The position numbers and the translations under genes were made by a program. 64,000 nt of DNA from Candidatus Omnitrophota bacterium (GTDB taxonomy: Bacteria > Omnitrophota > Gorgyraeia > Tantalellales > Tantalellaceae). The notes below the pieces were generated by a model that saw only the letters and a program-made list of their open reading frames with translations, was not told where the DNA came from and did not search any database. Shown one piece after another: positions 28,294-37,000 of the stretch; position 1 is the stretch's first letter, and every line of letters starts with the position of its first letter. The stretch lies in the NCBI GenBank assembly GCA_014728045.1, contig WJMH01000015.1:22479-86478 (forward strand). Direction: 5' to 3'.

Positions 28294-31200
28294 TCATGCT
28301 CTGGCCAGCATGGTCTTGATGCTGTCCATCAGATCCCTGAGCCTTTCCTTGTCCAGCTCCTCGGCATCCGGGACGAGCTTTATGACCACCATCCTGTCAC
28401 TTCCGAAAAGCATGCGGCACTCCTCCGCGGAAAGGTCCCTGGAGGAGACGACATTGGGTATCATCCGGTAATTGCGCTTGAGGGTCTCCGGATCCCACTG
28501 CAGGTACTTGCCGATCGCGAAGAGCATTATGTCCAGGAGAGGCAGGTATGCCGCCTCCGGGAATTCACTATCGTCTATCCCCGCTATCACTGACCTCCCC
28601 TGAAAGGAGCTGTAGTAGGCGGTGTTCTTATTGCTGGTAATGACAATGAGGTTGTCCGGGTCCACCGCTCCTTTGGAAGGATCGGTTATGTTCGAAACCC
28701 GGCGGGCCAGGTTGCGGCCCTCTCCCTTTATGATCTCCAGATTCTTGAAGAACCTTTCCAGGTCCTCGTTGTTATCCACTATCGTCGGCAGGAATTTAGC
28801 CAGATCCCTCAGGCAGTCGTTTATCTCGCCGCTTCCCAGGTCGAGATCAAGGGCCAGCACGACCCTTTCCTTTTTGCTGATAGCGGCTATGAGCGCGTTC
28901 ACGAAGGAGGGGATAAGCTTCTCGAGGTCCGGCACCGAACCCGTGCCGCTACTTATACCCTCTTCGATACCGAAAAGGTCCCTGCTGAGTGCCTCGTGTA
29001 AAGTGTCTATATACTCACCCGGCGCCAGCGCATCTTTTATGTGTTCGTAATCGGGAACATATCTTGGATATTTGTCAGAAGGATCTGGTATATGTTTCTT
29101 AAGTCCTTCTGCAAGGGACGGCGAGATGTCCGATAAAAAGACGATCTTGCCCGCGTGCTCAGGGAATTCCTTTTCGAGAGTCTCGGCGATGAAGCCGGAA
29201 GGAGCCACGATGAATTCGGAACCCTCGGCGGTCCCGGCCGTTATCTGCCTGGTGAGGAAATCTTCGACGAATCCGGGGGCCATCCCCTTCCGGATGCAGG
29301 CTGTGACCAGCTGCCTGTGGGGTTTACCCGAAGAAGGATCGGCCACGCGCAATCCGCAGGATAAGGCGTTTACATTGCTGAAGACGGGATTACGGGATAT
29401 GATATCCTTGGCTATGACCTCCATGAGGAAGCTTCTCTGAGCGTTAAGCACGCAGGTAAAAAGGATATCCGCCCCTTCCCCGTTAGCGAGCTTCTCTTTA
29501 AGCCGTGCCGCGTTCCTGGCGGACCTGATAGAAAGGTCCTCGAATTTTTTCACGGGTATGTCCTCGCTCTCGGATACTTCGAACTTTATGGGTATGTGCC
29601 TGGTCTTCCCGGGATCATCTTGCGGTGATCTGTCTTTACCGGCATCGGCCAGAGAGGCGGGCGCGTAATCGGGATTATCTACCGTGGGGGTATCCCCGTA
29701 TACATCCTGGTTGATGTTCTCGTGACGCAAACGTGCCATAGCGTAGGAAATAATGTTAAAAAGCACCGTCGTGACTACAAGCGCCCCCGCAGGCCACTGG
29801 ACGTGCGCGGAATGCGCAAGTCCGCCACCGAGCATGGAAACGATCATCAGGTTGAAGCCGGCAACGTAAACAGGCGCTTTGTAAGCGTACTTGAGCCGGC
29901 CCCATAAGGTCTTGCCCTTCGGCGCCCTGAAAAGGTTCGGGGTATGAAGCGCTACGAACAGAGCATACATTCCCGACATGCCGGCTATAAGGGTGAATAT
30001 GCCTATGACGCTGGCCGATACGAGCGAAGAAAGTACGGCAAATGGAAGAAGCGTGAAGATCCTCTCCTCCACCCTCGGCCCGACCTCAAGGGAATATTCC
30101 CACATGGCAAGGTCAGGATCGACTATCCTCTTAAGCAGCCTGACCGTCGCCGGGGCCGCGCTGTTAAAAGTGCCGGGTTTCTCATCCGAACTGATGGGTC
30201 CGGCGGCCACGGCATCGTTATTGACGTTCTCGTGGCGCAGAAGCGCCATCGCGTAGGATATAATGTTAAAAAGCACCGTCGTGAATATCAGTGCTCCCGT
30301 CGGCCACTGGGCGTGCGCGGAATGCGCAAGTCCTCCACCGAGCATGGAGACGATCATCAGGTTGAAACCGGTGACATATACAGGCGCCTTGAAGGCGTAC
30401 CTGATCCTCTCCCAAAGGCTGCTGCCTTTGTGGGCCCTGAAGATATTGGGCGTATGCATGGCCACGAAGAGCGAGTAAACAGCAGCCATGCCGATTATCA
30501 GGGTGCCTATTCCTATCACGCTGGCGGATACCAGCGAGGAAAGAACGGCAAAGGGAATTAGAGTGAAGATCTTCTCCTCGGTCCTCGGTCCGGCCCCTAT
30601 CGCGTACTGCCAGAAAGAGGAATCCGGGTCGACGATCCTCTTGATAAGATAAACGGCCGATGGTGCGTTACCGGCACCCTTCTCGCCCTCGGGGTTGAAG
30701 ATATCACCCTTGAGCGTCCTTCTCTGGGTGGCTTTAAAGATCAGTTCCTGGGTAAGCTTGTACCTGAGGCTGTTTATCTCCTTGAACCTCCTGCGATCGG
30801 TATTGGTAAGCTCCCCTACGCCGACCATCTCCCGGGGCAGGATCTCCTCTATGGGCTTTCGGGCCTTCATGTCCTGTTCTCTCAGCTTAAGAGAGGTCTT
30901 GTACTTTTCCAGAGCCGAATCAAAGTTCTTGACGTAATGTTCCGCTATTCCGTAGCTCAGGTAGTATTCCTTGACCCTGGGGTCACCCTCGGGCAGCATG
31001 TTCACGGCCTGCTGGAAAGCCTCCAGGGCTGCATCGTGAAAATGCCAGAAGAATTCGGCCCTGGCGAGCGTATAATGATCGGCGGCCACGTCGCTTCCGT
31101 TCATCTGTTTGCTCTTGACATCATCCCTGACTATCAGCAGCGTAAGGTACTGCCTGACTTTAAGGAAGCTGCCGGGAGCGATCTGGCAGAACTCCGCGAT

Positions 31201-33828
31201 AAGCTGGTTTATGGCGAGCATCTCTTTCCTGCTCTCCTCGCCGGTGGAGCGGGAAGCTATCCTCTGGGAAACCTCCTGAGCTATCTCCTGCAGGGCCCGG
31301 GCCAGTTCCTCGTAATCTTCCGAGACCCAATTCTTCAGCCTCTGTATCTCGAAATTGAGGCTGAAACCCCATTCAAGTTCGCGCAGGATGCTGAAAACTA
31401 TGGGACGAAGTTCTTCCTTGATCTTTGAGATGTCACCGGTGTAATTCCTTGAATCAAGCCTGAAGACCGCGTCCAGCACGTTACGGGTATCAAGGGGAGG
31501 TTCTGCGGCGAGGATCCTGTCTTTTTTCTTTTTGTCCTTTTCTCCGGAACTGCCGGTTTCCTTCCCGGCGTCCTTCTGGCGGACCCCGAACATGAGCTTG
31601 ATCATCCTCATTATGTACTGCAATAGATCGAACGATATATGCACGGCCCGGTAGGCGTATTTCATGGCCTTTATCGCTTCTTCCCGCTTTTTCGGATCGT
31701 CCATATCTTTTTCCTCGGGTTTTTTCTCTTTCTCTGGCTCATCAGGCTTTTTGACCTCTTCTGCCGCCCTCGCGCGGGAGCTCATCTTTTTCCTGTTAGC
31801 GATGAGCCTTACCATTACGACCACTGCCAGAGAAAGGCCGAACCACGGTATCGGCAGGAACATGGAAAGCCCTACAGATATTATGACAGTAAGTCCCGCG
31901 ACCAGCAAGAAATTCTTCCATCCCGTCCAGTTCTTTATAAGAAGCGCCGCGAAAAGCGTGACCGGAACGACGATAGCTATACCCACGGTGATGATATTTA
32001 CCGGCATCACCATGTAAAGTATACCTGAAAGAAGAAGAGCGCTCGTGAAAGTGATCAGGACGCTCTTCCAGTTTATCGCTCTGACCCTGTCCCAGAAGGA
32101 AAGTCTTATCCTCAAGGAGGCCTCTTTCTTTTCGGGGCTATCTTCTTCGGGGGCCTTTTCTTTCTCAGGCGCCTTAGCGCTTTCCGAGGACGGTTTCTCT
32201 TCAGCGGGGCTTTCTTCGGTGCCGAGTATGGCACGCAGCTTGCTGATAACGGCCCTTATGCCTTCATCCTCCTTCAAAAGGTCAGAGGCGGAGTTCTTTT
32301 TCATGAAGCTTTCATGCTTTGCGAGAAGCTGCTGTATAACCTCCCTCAGCTTCTCCATCTCATCCGGCGTGAGCTTATCGTCCATGCCTTTCTGTCCGAG
32401 TATCTTCGTGCCCTTTTCCCAGGCGACTTCCATCTCCCAGATCCAGCTGAGCCTTGCGAAAATATACCGGTACTCTTCCGCGAGCGCTCGGAGCGTCTTC
32501 ATAGCCATCTTGCGGCTACCCGGGAAAAGACGCGACTGCTTGAGCATGTACTGGCGCTTGATCCATTCGAAATACTGCTTATATAAGGTAAAGAAATGCG
32601 AGGCATCCTGAGGTCCCGTCTTCTTGAGGAAATCCTGCTGCTTGAACTTCTCGAGCTGTTCGCCGATCTCGGTGCTGCTTCTGGCCTGGTCCGGGAACGG
32701 GTCACACCTGTCCCAGAGGACGTTTTTGAGCACGATGGAGAGTTCCCCGTCCCGGTGTCCCGCGATGCGGTCGCCTTCGATCGCCTCGTAATTCTCCGGG
32801 AAAAGCTTCACCTGTATGGCACGCGCCCTTTCATGCCCGAAATAAGGACATATCATTTCGTGAAAAATATATTCCTGCAGCAGGGGTTCGTCCATCTCTA
32901 TGAGGTCCAGTACCTGCGTGCAGAGTCCTATTGTATCGGGATAATCATCTTTCAGTTTCGAGAAAAGCGTATCGATCGGTCCGGTGTGGGCAGTAAACCC
33001 CGTCAGTTCGACGCCGGACCCTGAAGTGGTATTGAACCCGAGAAGCCAGTTATGGGGCCTGGTCGGCTCCTGCCTGTCGGTCAGGACCACCGCGCTGAAC
33101 TCAAGGAACTTTGAAGATGCGGAAAGTTCCACGACCTGCTGCAGTTTCTTTCTGGTCCACGCGTCTATCTGAGCTTTCTGTATCCTTTTGTCGAGCTTCT
33201 TCTCAATCCCTTTGACCCGTTTGATCAGGCGGTGCCTCAGATCCGCCGGCGGATTGACGTTCTCGACCAGAGCTTCATGTATCCGGTGGGCTTCATTCTT
33301 GTTCTCGACCCTGGTGACGAACCCGCGTTCGTCAGGAGGCTCGAGTACCAGCTGCCGCATCAGGTATTCGCCTACTTTCTCCTGGCTCTGGACTTGGCAA
33401 GAAGAACCCGGGTCACTGGACCCGGGTATTTTAGGGTTGAAATATCTTATCCTGTAAGGACCGATCCCGATCGATACCTCACCGGAGGCCTCTGAACCGG
33501 TAACGAGCGGCCACCGCTGAAGGAATCCCGCCGGGATGTTCTTGGTGTTTTTTACCTGATCAAGCGCCAGCTGCGCGCAATCCTTTATACTGAACAGGTT
33601 CCGGTTGGCCGGATCGGCCTCGAATGCAATAAGCGCGTCGATGACATACCTGGTCATCACCATGAAATAACTTTCACCCTGCTTGGAAGGATCAAAGAAT
33701 GTCTGCGGCTGAAGATCGCTTTTCCGAGTTATATCCGGATTGGCCCACACCACCCCCTGCCATACCAGGAGGATGCAAAGAACGAACGCTATTGATCTTA
33801 CAGATTTATTTTTTGATAATTCCCTCAT
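28294..33828 (-). CDS. giant polytopic membrane protein A (about 1844-1861 aa), function unknown
   Basis: Uninterrupted 5.6-kb ORF. I place the start at the first ATG, 33828 (MRELSKNKSVRSIAFVLCILLVWQG.., a signal peptide); the track begins at TTG 33879. Domain order is: N-terminal periplasmic-type domain, multi-TM region including an internally duplicated 170-aa TM module, a CX5R(S)..DP low-molecular-weight PTP-like module, and a ~190-aa C-terminal domain shared with gene A' (44681-48589). Ends with a double stop TGATGA. Confidence 0.85.
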   Translation of the reverse strand: MRELSKNKSVRSIAFVLCILLVWQGVVWANPDITRKSDLQPQTFFDPSKQGESYFMVMTRYVIDALIAFEADPANRNLFSIKDCAQLALDQVKNTKNIPAGFLQRWPLVTGSEASGEVSIGIGPYRIRYFNPKIPGSSDPGSSCQVQSQEKVGEYLMRQLVLEPPDERGFVTRVENKNEAHRIHEALVENVNPPADLRHRLIKRVKGIEKKLDKRIQKAQIDAWTRKKLQQVVELSASSKFLEFSAVVLTDRQEPTRPHNWLLGFNTTSGSGVELTGFTAHTGPIDTLFSKLKDDYPDTIGLCTQVLDLIEMDEPLLQEYIFHEMICPYFGHERARAIQVKLFPENYEAIEGDRIAGHRDGELSIVLKNVLWDRCDPFPDQARSSTEIGEQLEKFKQQDFLKKTGPQDASHFFTLYKQYFEWIKRQYMLKQSRLFPGSRKMAMKTLRALAEEYRYIFARLSWIWEMEVAWEKGTKILGQKGMDDKLTPDEMEKLREVIQQLLAKHESFMKKNSASDLLKEDEGIRAVISKLRAILGTEESPAEEKPSSESAKAPEKEKAPEEDSPEKKEASLRIRLSFWDRVRAINWKSVLITFTSALLLSGILYMVMPVNIITVGIAIVVPVTLFAALLIKNWTGWKNFLLVAGLTVIISVGLSMFLPIPWFGLSLAVVVMVRLIANRKKMSSRARAAEEVKKPDEPEKEKKPEEKDMDDPKKREEAIKAMKYAYRAVHISFDLLQYIMRMIKLMFGVRQKDAGKETGSSGEKDKKKKDRILAAEPPLDTRNVLDAVFRLDSRNYTGDISKIKEELRPIVFSILRELEWGFSLNFEIQRLKNWVSEDYEELARALQEIAQEVSQRIASRSTGEESRKEMLAINQLIAEFCQIAPGSFLKVRQYLTLLIVRDDVKSKQMNGSDVAADHYTLARAEFFWHFHDAALEAFQQAVNMLPEGDPRVKEYYLSYGIAEHYVKNFDSALEKYKTSLKLREQDMKARKPIEEILPREMVGVGELTNTDRRRFKEINSLRYKLTQELIFKATQRRTLKGDIFNPEGEKGAGNAPSAVYLIKRIVDPDSSFWQYAIGAGPRTEEKIFTLIPFAVLSSLVSASVIGIGTLIIGMAAVYSLFVAMHTPNIFRAHKGSSLWERIRYAFKAPVYVTGFNLMIVSMLGGGLAHSAHAQWPTGALIFTTVLFNIISYAMALLRHENVNNDAVAAGPISSDEKPGTFNSAAPATVRLLKRIVDPDLAMWEYSLEVGPRVEERIFTLLPFAVLSSLVSASVIGIFTLIAGMSGMYALFVALHTPNLFRAPKGKTLWGRLKYAYKAPVYVAGFNLMIVSMLGGGLAHSAHVQWPAGALVVTTVLFNIISYAMARLRHENINQDVYGDTPTVDNPDYAPASLADAGKDRSPQDDPGKTRHIPIKFEVSESEDIPVKKFEDLSIRSARNAARLKEKLANGEGADILFTCVLNAQRSFLMEVIAKDIISRNPVFSNVNALSCGLRVADPSSGKPHRQLVTACIRKGMAPGFVEDFLTRQITAGTAEGSEFIVAPSGFIAETLEKEFPEHAGKIVFLSDISPSLAEGLKKHIPDPSDKYPRYVPDYEHIKDALAPGEYIDTLHEALSRDLFGIEEGISSGTGSVPDLEKLIPSFVNALIAAISKKERVVLALDLDLGSGEINDCLRDLAKFLPTIVDNNEDLERFFKNLEIIKGEGRNLARRVSNITDPSKGAVDPDNLIVITSNKNTAYYSSFQGRSVIAGIDDSEFPEAAYLPLLDIMLFAIGKYLQWDPETLKRNYRMIPNVVSSRDLSAEECRMLFGSDRMVVIKLVPDAEELDKERLRDLMDSIKTMLARA
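29690..30665 (-). repeat. intragenic tandem duplication (2 x ~510 bp) inside giant gene A
   Basis: Two DNA copies offset by 510 bp (for example GTTCTCGTGACGCAAACGTGCCATAGCGTAGG at 29716 versus GTTCTCGTGGCGCAGAAGCGCCATCGCGTAGG at 30226). They encode two ~150-aa TM modules (RIVDPD..FAVLSSLVSASVIGI..GFNLMIVSMLGGGLAHSAH..FNIISYAM) about 75-80% identical. Confidence 0.8.
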
Positions 33829-33879
33829 ATCGACAATACCTACACCTACCCCCCCGTAGCCTTTTGTAAGCTTTAACAA

Positions 33880-34070
33880 AGTAGTCGTATTATGCTTTTT
33901 GATTTCTTAACTTTATGTTGACATGAAAGATAATAACATTTATAGCTGAATTATTCAATACAAATAACTGGCTTTTTTAATTTTAACGAGGATATGAAGG
34001 CGTGTTTTGCTCGATGAGCGGAAAATACCCCTGGTAAGAAAGGTGAGATAAAATAGGAATTATTATTATA
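33880..34070 (-). promoter_or_regulatory. AT-rich upstream island of giant gene A (putative promoter region)
   Basis: A 190-bp stretch far more AT-rich than the window average (TTGACATGAAAGATAATAACATTTATAGCTGAATTATTCAATAC...). It lies between the B stop and the A start, which implies an independent promoter. Confidence 0.4.
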
Positions 34071-37000
34071 TTAGAGCGATACCGCGACCGCTTCCTGCAT
34101 CATCTGCCAGTCGCGTATCTGCTCGTAATCTACAGCGCGTATCTTCAGAAAGAGCTTGTCCAGTAAAGTATTGATATCCTCTACCCCGGCAAGCTGATCG
34201 GCAGCCTCTTTTCCGGAGATACGTGTAAGAAGGTCCTTGATATAATCAATACCCATACGCCTGGCATCCGGGTTGGTAGCGTTAAGACAGAATGCTATCT
34301 GCCTGGCGAGAACGAACCGCACCGCTATGTCCGGGGGCCTCATTCTCCCCGTCTCCGGGTCCAGACCGTCGGTATAGGCATCTTTTACGAAGGTTACGTT
34401 CTCGTTGGCTCTGTATTCCTTGAAGAGATCGTTTTCGTTCACCACCTCTGCCATCTCGAGGCCTTCCATCTGGGGTGTGTATGAAACTATCCTGCCGCCT
34501 TCGGGCAGTGTCCGGGTCGCCCTCTCAAGTGCCTTAAGGTATTCCTTGGCCGTCGCGTCAGTGTCACCGGGTATTATCTTATAGGTTATTATCTGCTGGT
34601 TATCGGGTTTTTCACCGAACTTTGCCTTGAGTTCGGAGTTCATTTCACGCACGCCGCTCTCAACGCTCTGGTACGTCTGGTGGTCTTCCAGGTTGTACAC
34701 CACCCCAACGACCATCCGCACCGGGTCGCTCCTTCTTTCGATCTCTTCTCCCGCGCCTATCGCTAACACCTGGCGCGTTGCGGCATTGTCCCCTTGAGGG
34801 GCTTCACCGGTCTCGCCGGACGCTACCATCTCGGCGGCTTCGCCCGGCATCATGCCTATTTCGGTGAGACTTGCAAGCTGGAATTTACGCGCTTCCATGT
34901 TTATGAAGTTGCGGAACTTGTCCTTCAGGGTGTTCCTTCCGAAGATCTTGCCCTGAAGAGAATTTGCCCTGTCGGTCTTACCGTAGATCTCCTCGTGACC
35001 GTAATCCATCTCATACATCTCATGAAAGATGAATTCTGCCAGCTCCATCTCATCAAGCGTCTCGACAAGTTCGGCTGAAAGGCCGATGTTCCCTGCGATG
35101 GCCGGATCAAGCCCGGGGTCGTCGCCCGTATTGAATCCCAACAGATAATTCTCTTCGCCTTCCACCTTGGCGTTGAAGAGGTATATGTTATTGATAACCG
35201 CGGATCTGTGCAAAGCCCTTTCCTCGTCCCCCATCTCAAGGTCGCCCACCATGTTCTCTACCAGAGCCATCAATCCCGGGTCATTATCCGGAAGGCCCCC
35301 TGACCGCATCTTCTCATAGAGCTTATTGAAAGCGAGGTTGATCTTGGTCCGCATGGCCTGGGTCATGTCCATCTTCTCACCCACCAGGTCCTTCAGTTCC
35401 TTTTCGGTACGGACCTGGTCCATTCTATCGGCAAGCTCGCCATGACCCACCATCACTTTGGGGATCTTCACCTGCGAGGCGGGGGCCACCTTATCGCGTA
35501 TGGCTTCTGTCTGCTGTTTGAGATCCGCTATAGCTCTGGTCACGGGGTCTATGTCACCTACGCGGTAGGGCTGGTACGGTTTGCCGGCGTCTCGCAAAGC
35601 CTCAAGATGGGCTTTCTCCAGGCGGACCTGAACCGCCCTGAACAGCTCCGGATTCGTCATTTCAAGCTCCTGGAGTCTTTCGGATTTGGCGCTGTCGGGA
35701 CCCATAGCGACATTAAGGTAGTTTTCCAGCATCTTTATCATTTCGGTATTCTCAATCCCCTGATCCACCATAGGCTGATCCATTATCTCCTGCTGGTGAC
35801 GGTACTGGGTGAGGTCGACTATCCTCTCGCGTGTCGCACCCAGCACCTTAAGCCCCTTATCGACAGCCTCCCTGTTCATTCCTCTCAGTTCAGCTGCGGG
35901 GTCCTGTATCCCGGCGTCTCGCATGGAAAGCTGAAGGGTCTTCTTCCCGGCGTCGGTTTTCACGAAATTATCGTACTCCTCCACCGCTAGTCTGTCCGTC
36001 ATACCTTCCAGACGCCTTTTCCAGCCGTTGGGCAGACCGAACTGGCCCTTTTCAAGCTGGGAATCCATCTGCTGTTCGGTAAGTTGTACCGCCCTCAGAA
36101 CGAGCGGCAGGTTCGAATTGAAAAAGTCCAGCCCTTCTCCTCTGTATATGTCAAATCCGTATCCCCCGTCCTCCACGCTCTTTTCCAGATCACCAAGTGC
36201 GGCGATCACCTGATCCGGGCTCAGCCTGAGAGAATATCTGTTCAAGCCTATAAGGCTCTTGTTCAGAAAAGAAAATACCTGGGGCGTACTGCTGGCGACG
36301 TTCACAGCGAGACGCCTTATGAGAGTAACTCCTATACTGCCTTTCAACGAATCAAACCCATAGTTTTCGCCCTTCATCTCATCCAGCATCTTCCGGCTCT
36401 GGGCTTCGTCCAGCCCCATTCCCTTGAGCCTGTTAAGTTCTGCCAGCATGGCGTTATGGACCTCGTTCACTGTCTCGGCCATCTCGGGCGCGTCTTCCTC
36501 CTGGGCCTGGCGTATTATCTCAAGAGCTTCTTCCAGGGTGGAGGCATTACCGAACGCCTCTTTCAGTAAAGCGTCCTGCCCGGAAGTAAGGGTAAGGTAA
36601 TTGGTCTGGAGACCGTATTTATCGATGATCTCCTTGCGGGCATCAACCGTACTCGGGTTGCTCTTGAATAGATACACCGGAGCCTTATCACCGTAGATAT
36701 CGACCCCCCAGCTCACTAGCTTGTTCACAAAACTTTTCAGAGTGGCATAACCGCCTTCTTCGGCATACCCGCTGAAAGGCTTGACCTCCCGTCCGGTCAG
36801 GGACTGAATCGCTTCTTCTGTGGAAGTGGAAATATCATAAGCTCTCTTCCTGGCCATCCTCATATCCAGTTCATTGCTACTCAAGGCTAGCATGTTAAGC
36901 CCCCTGCCGAGAAATATATCATAACCCAACCTGTCCGCAAGGTTTATGCGTTCTTTCAGTTCGTTTATATCAAGGACTGAAAGTTCCCCGCCCAGATCCG

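Noticed and set aside
33829-33879. TTG-initiated N-terminal extension of gene A (MLKLTKGYGGVGVGIVD) given by the ORF track
   Set aside because: The track allows TTG starts. The first ATG at 33828 yields a canonical signal peptide (MRELSKNKSVRSIAFVLCILLVWQG) and the extension has no SD, so the shorter form is preferred. The longer form is not excluded.
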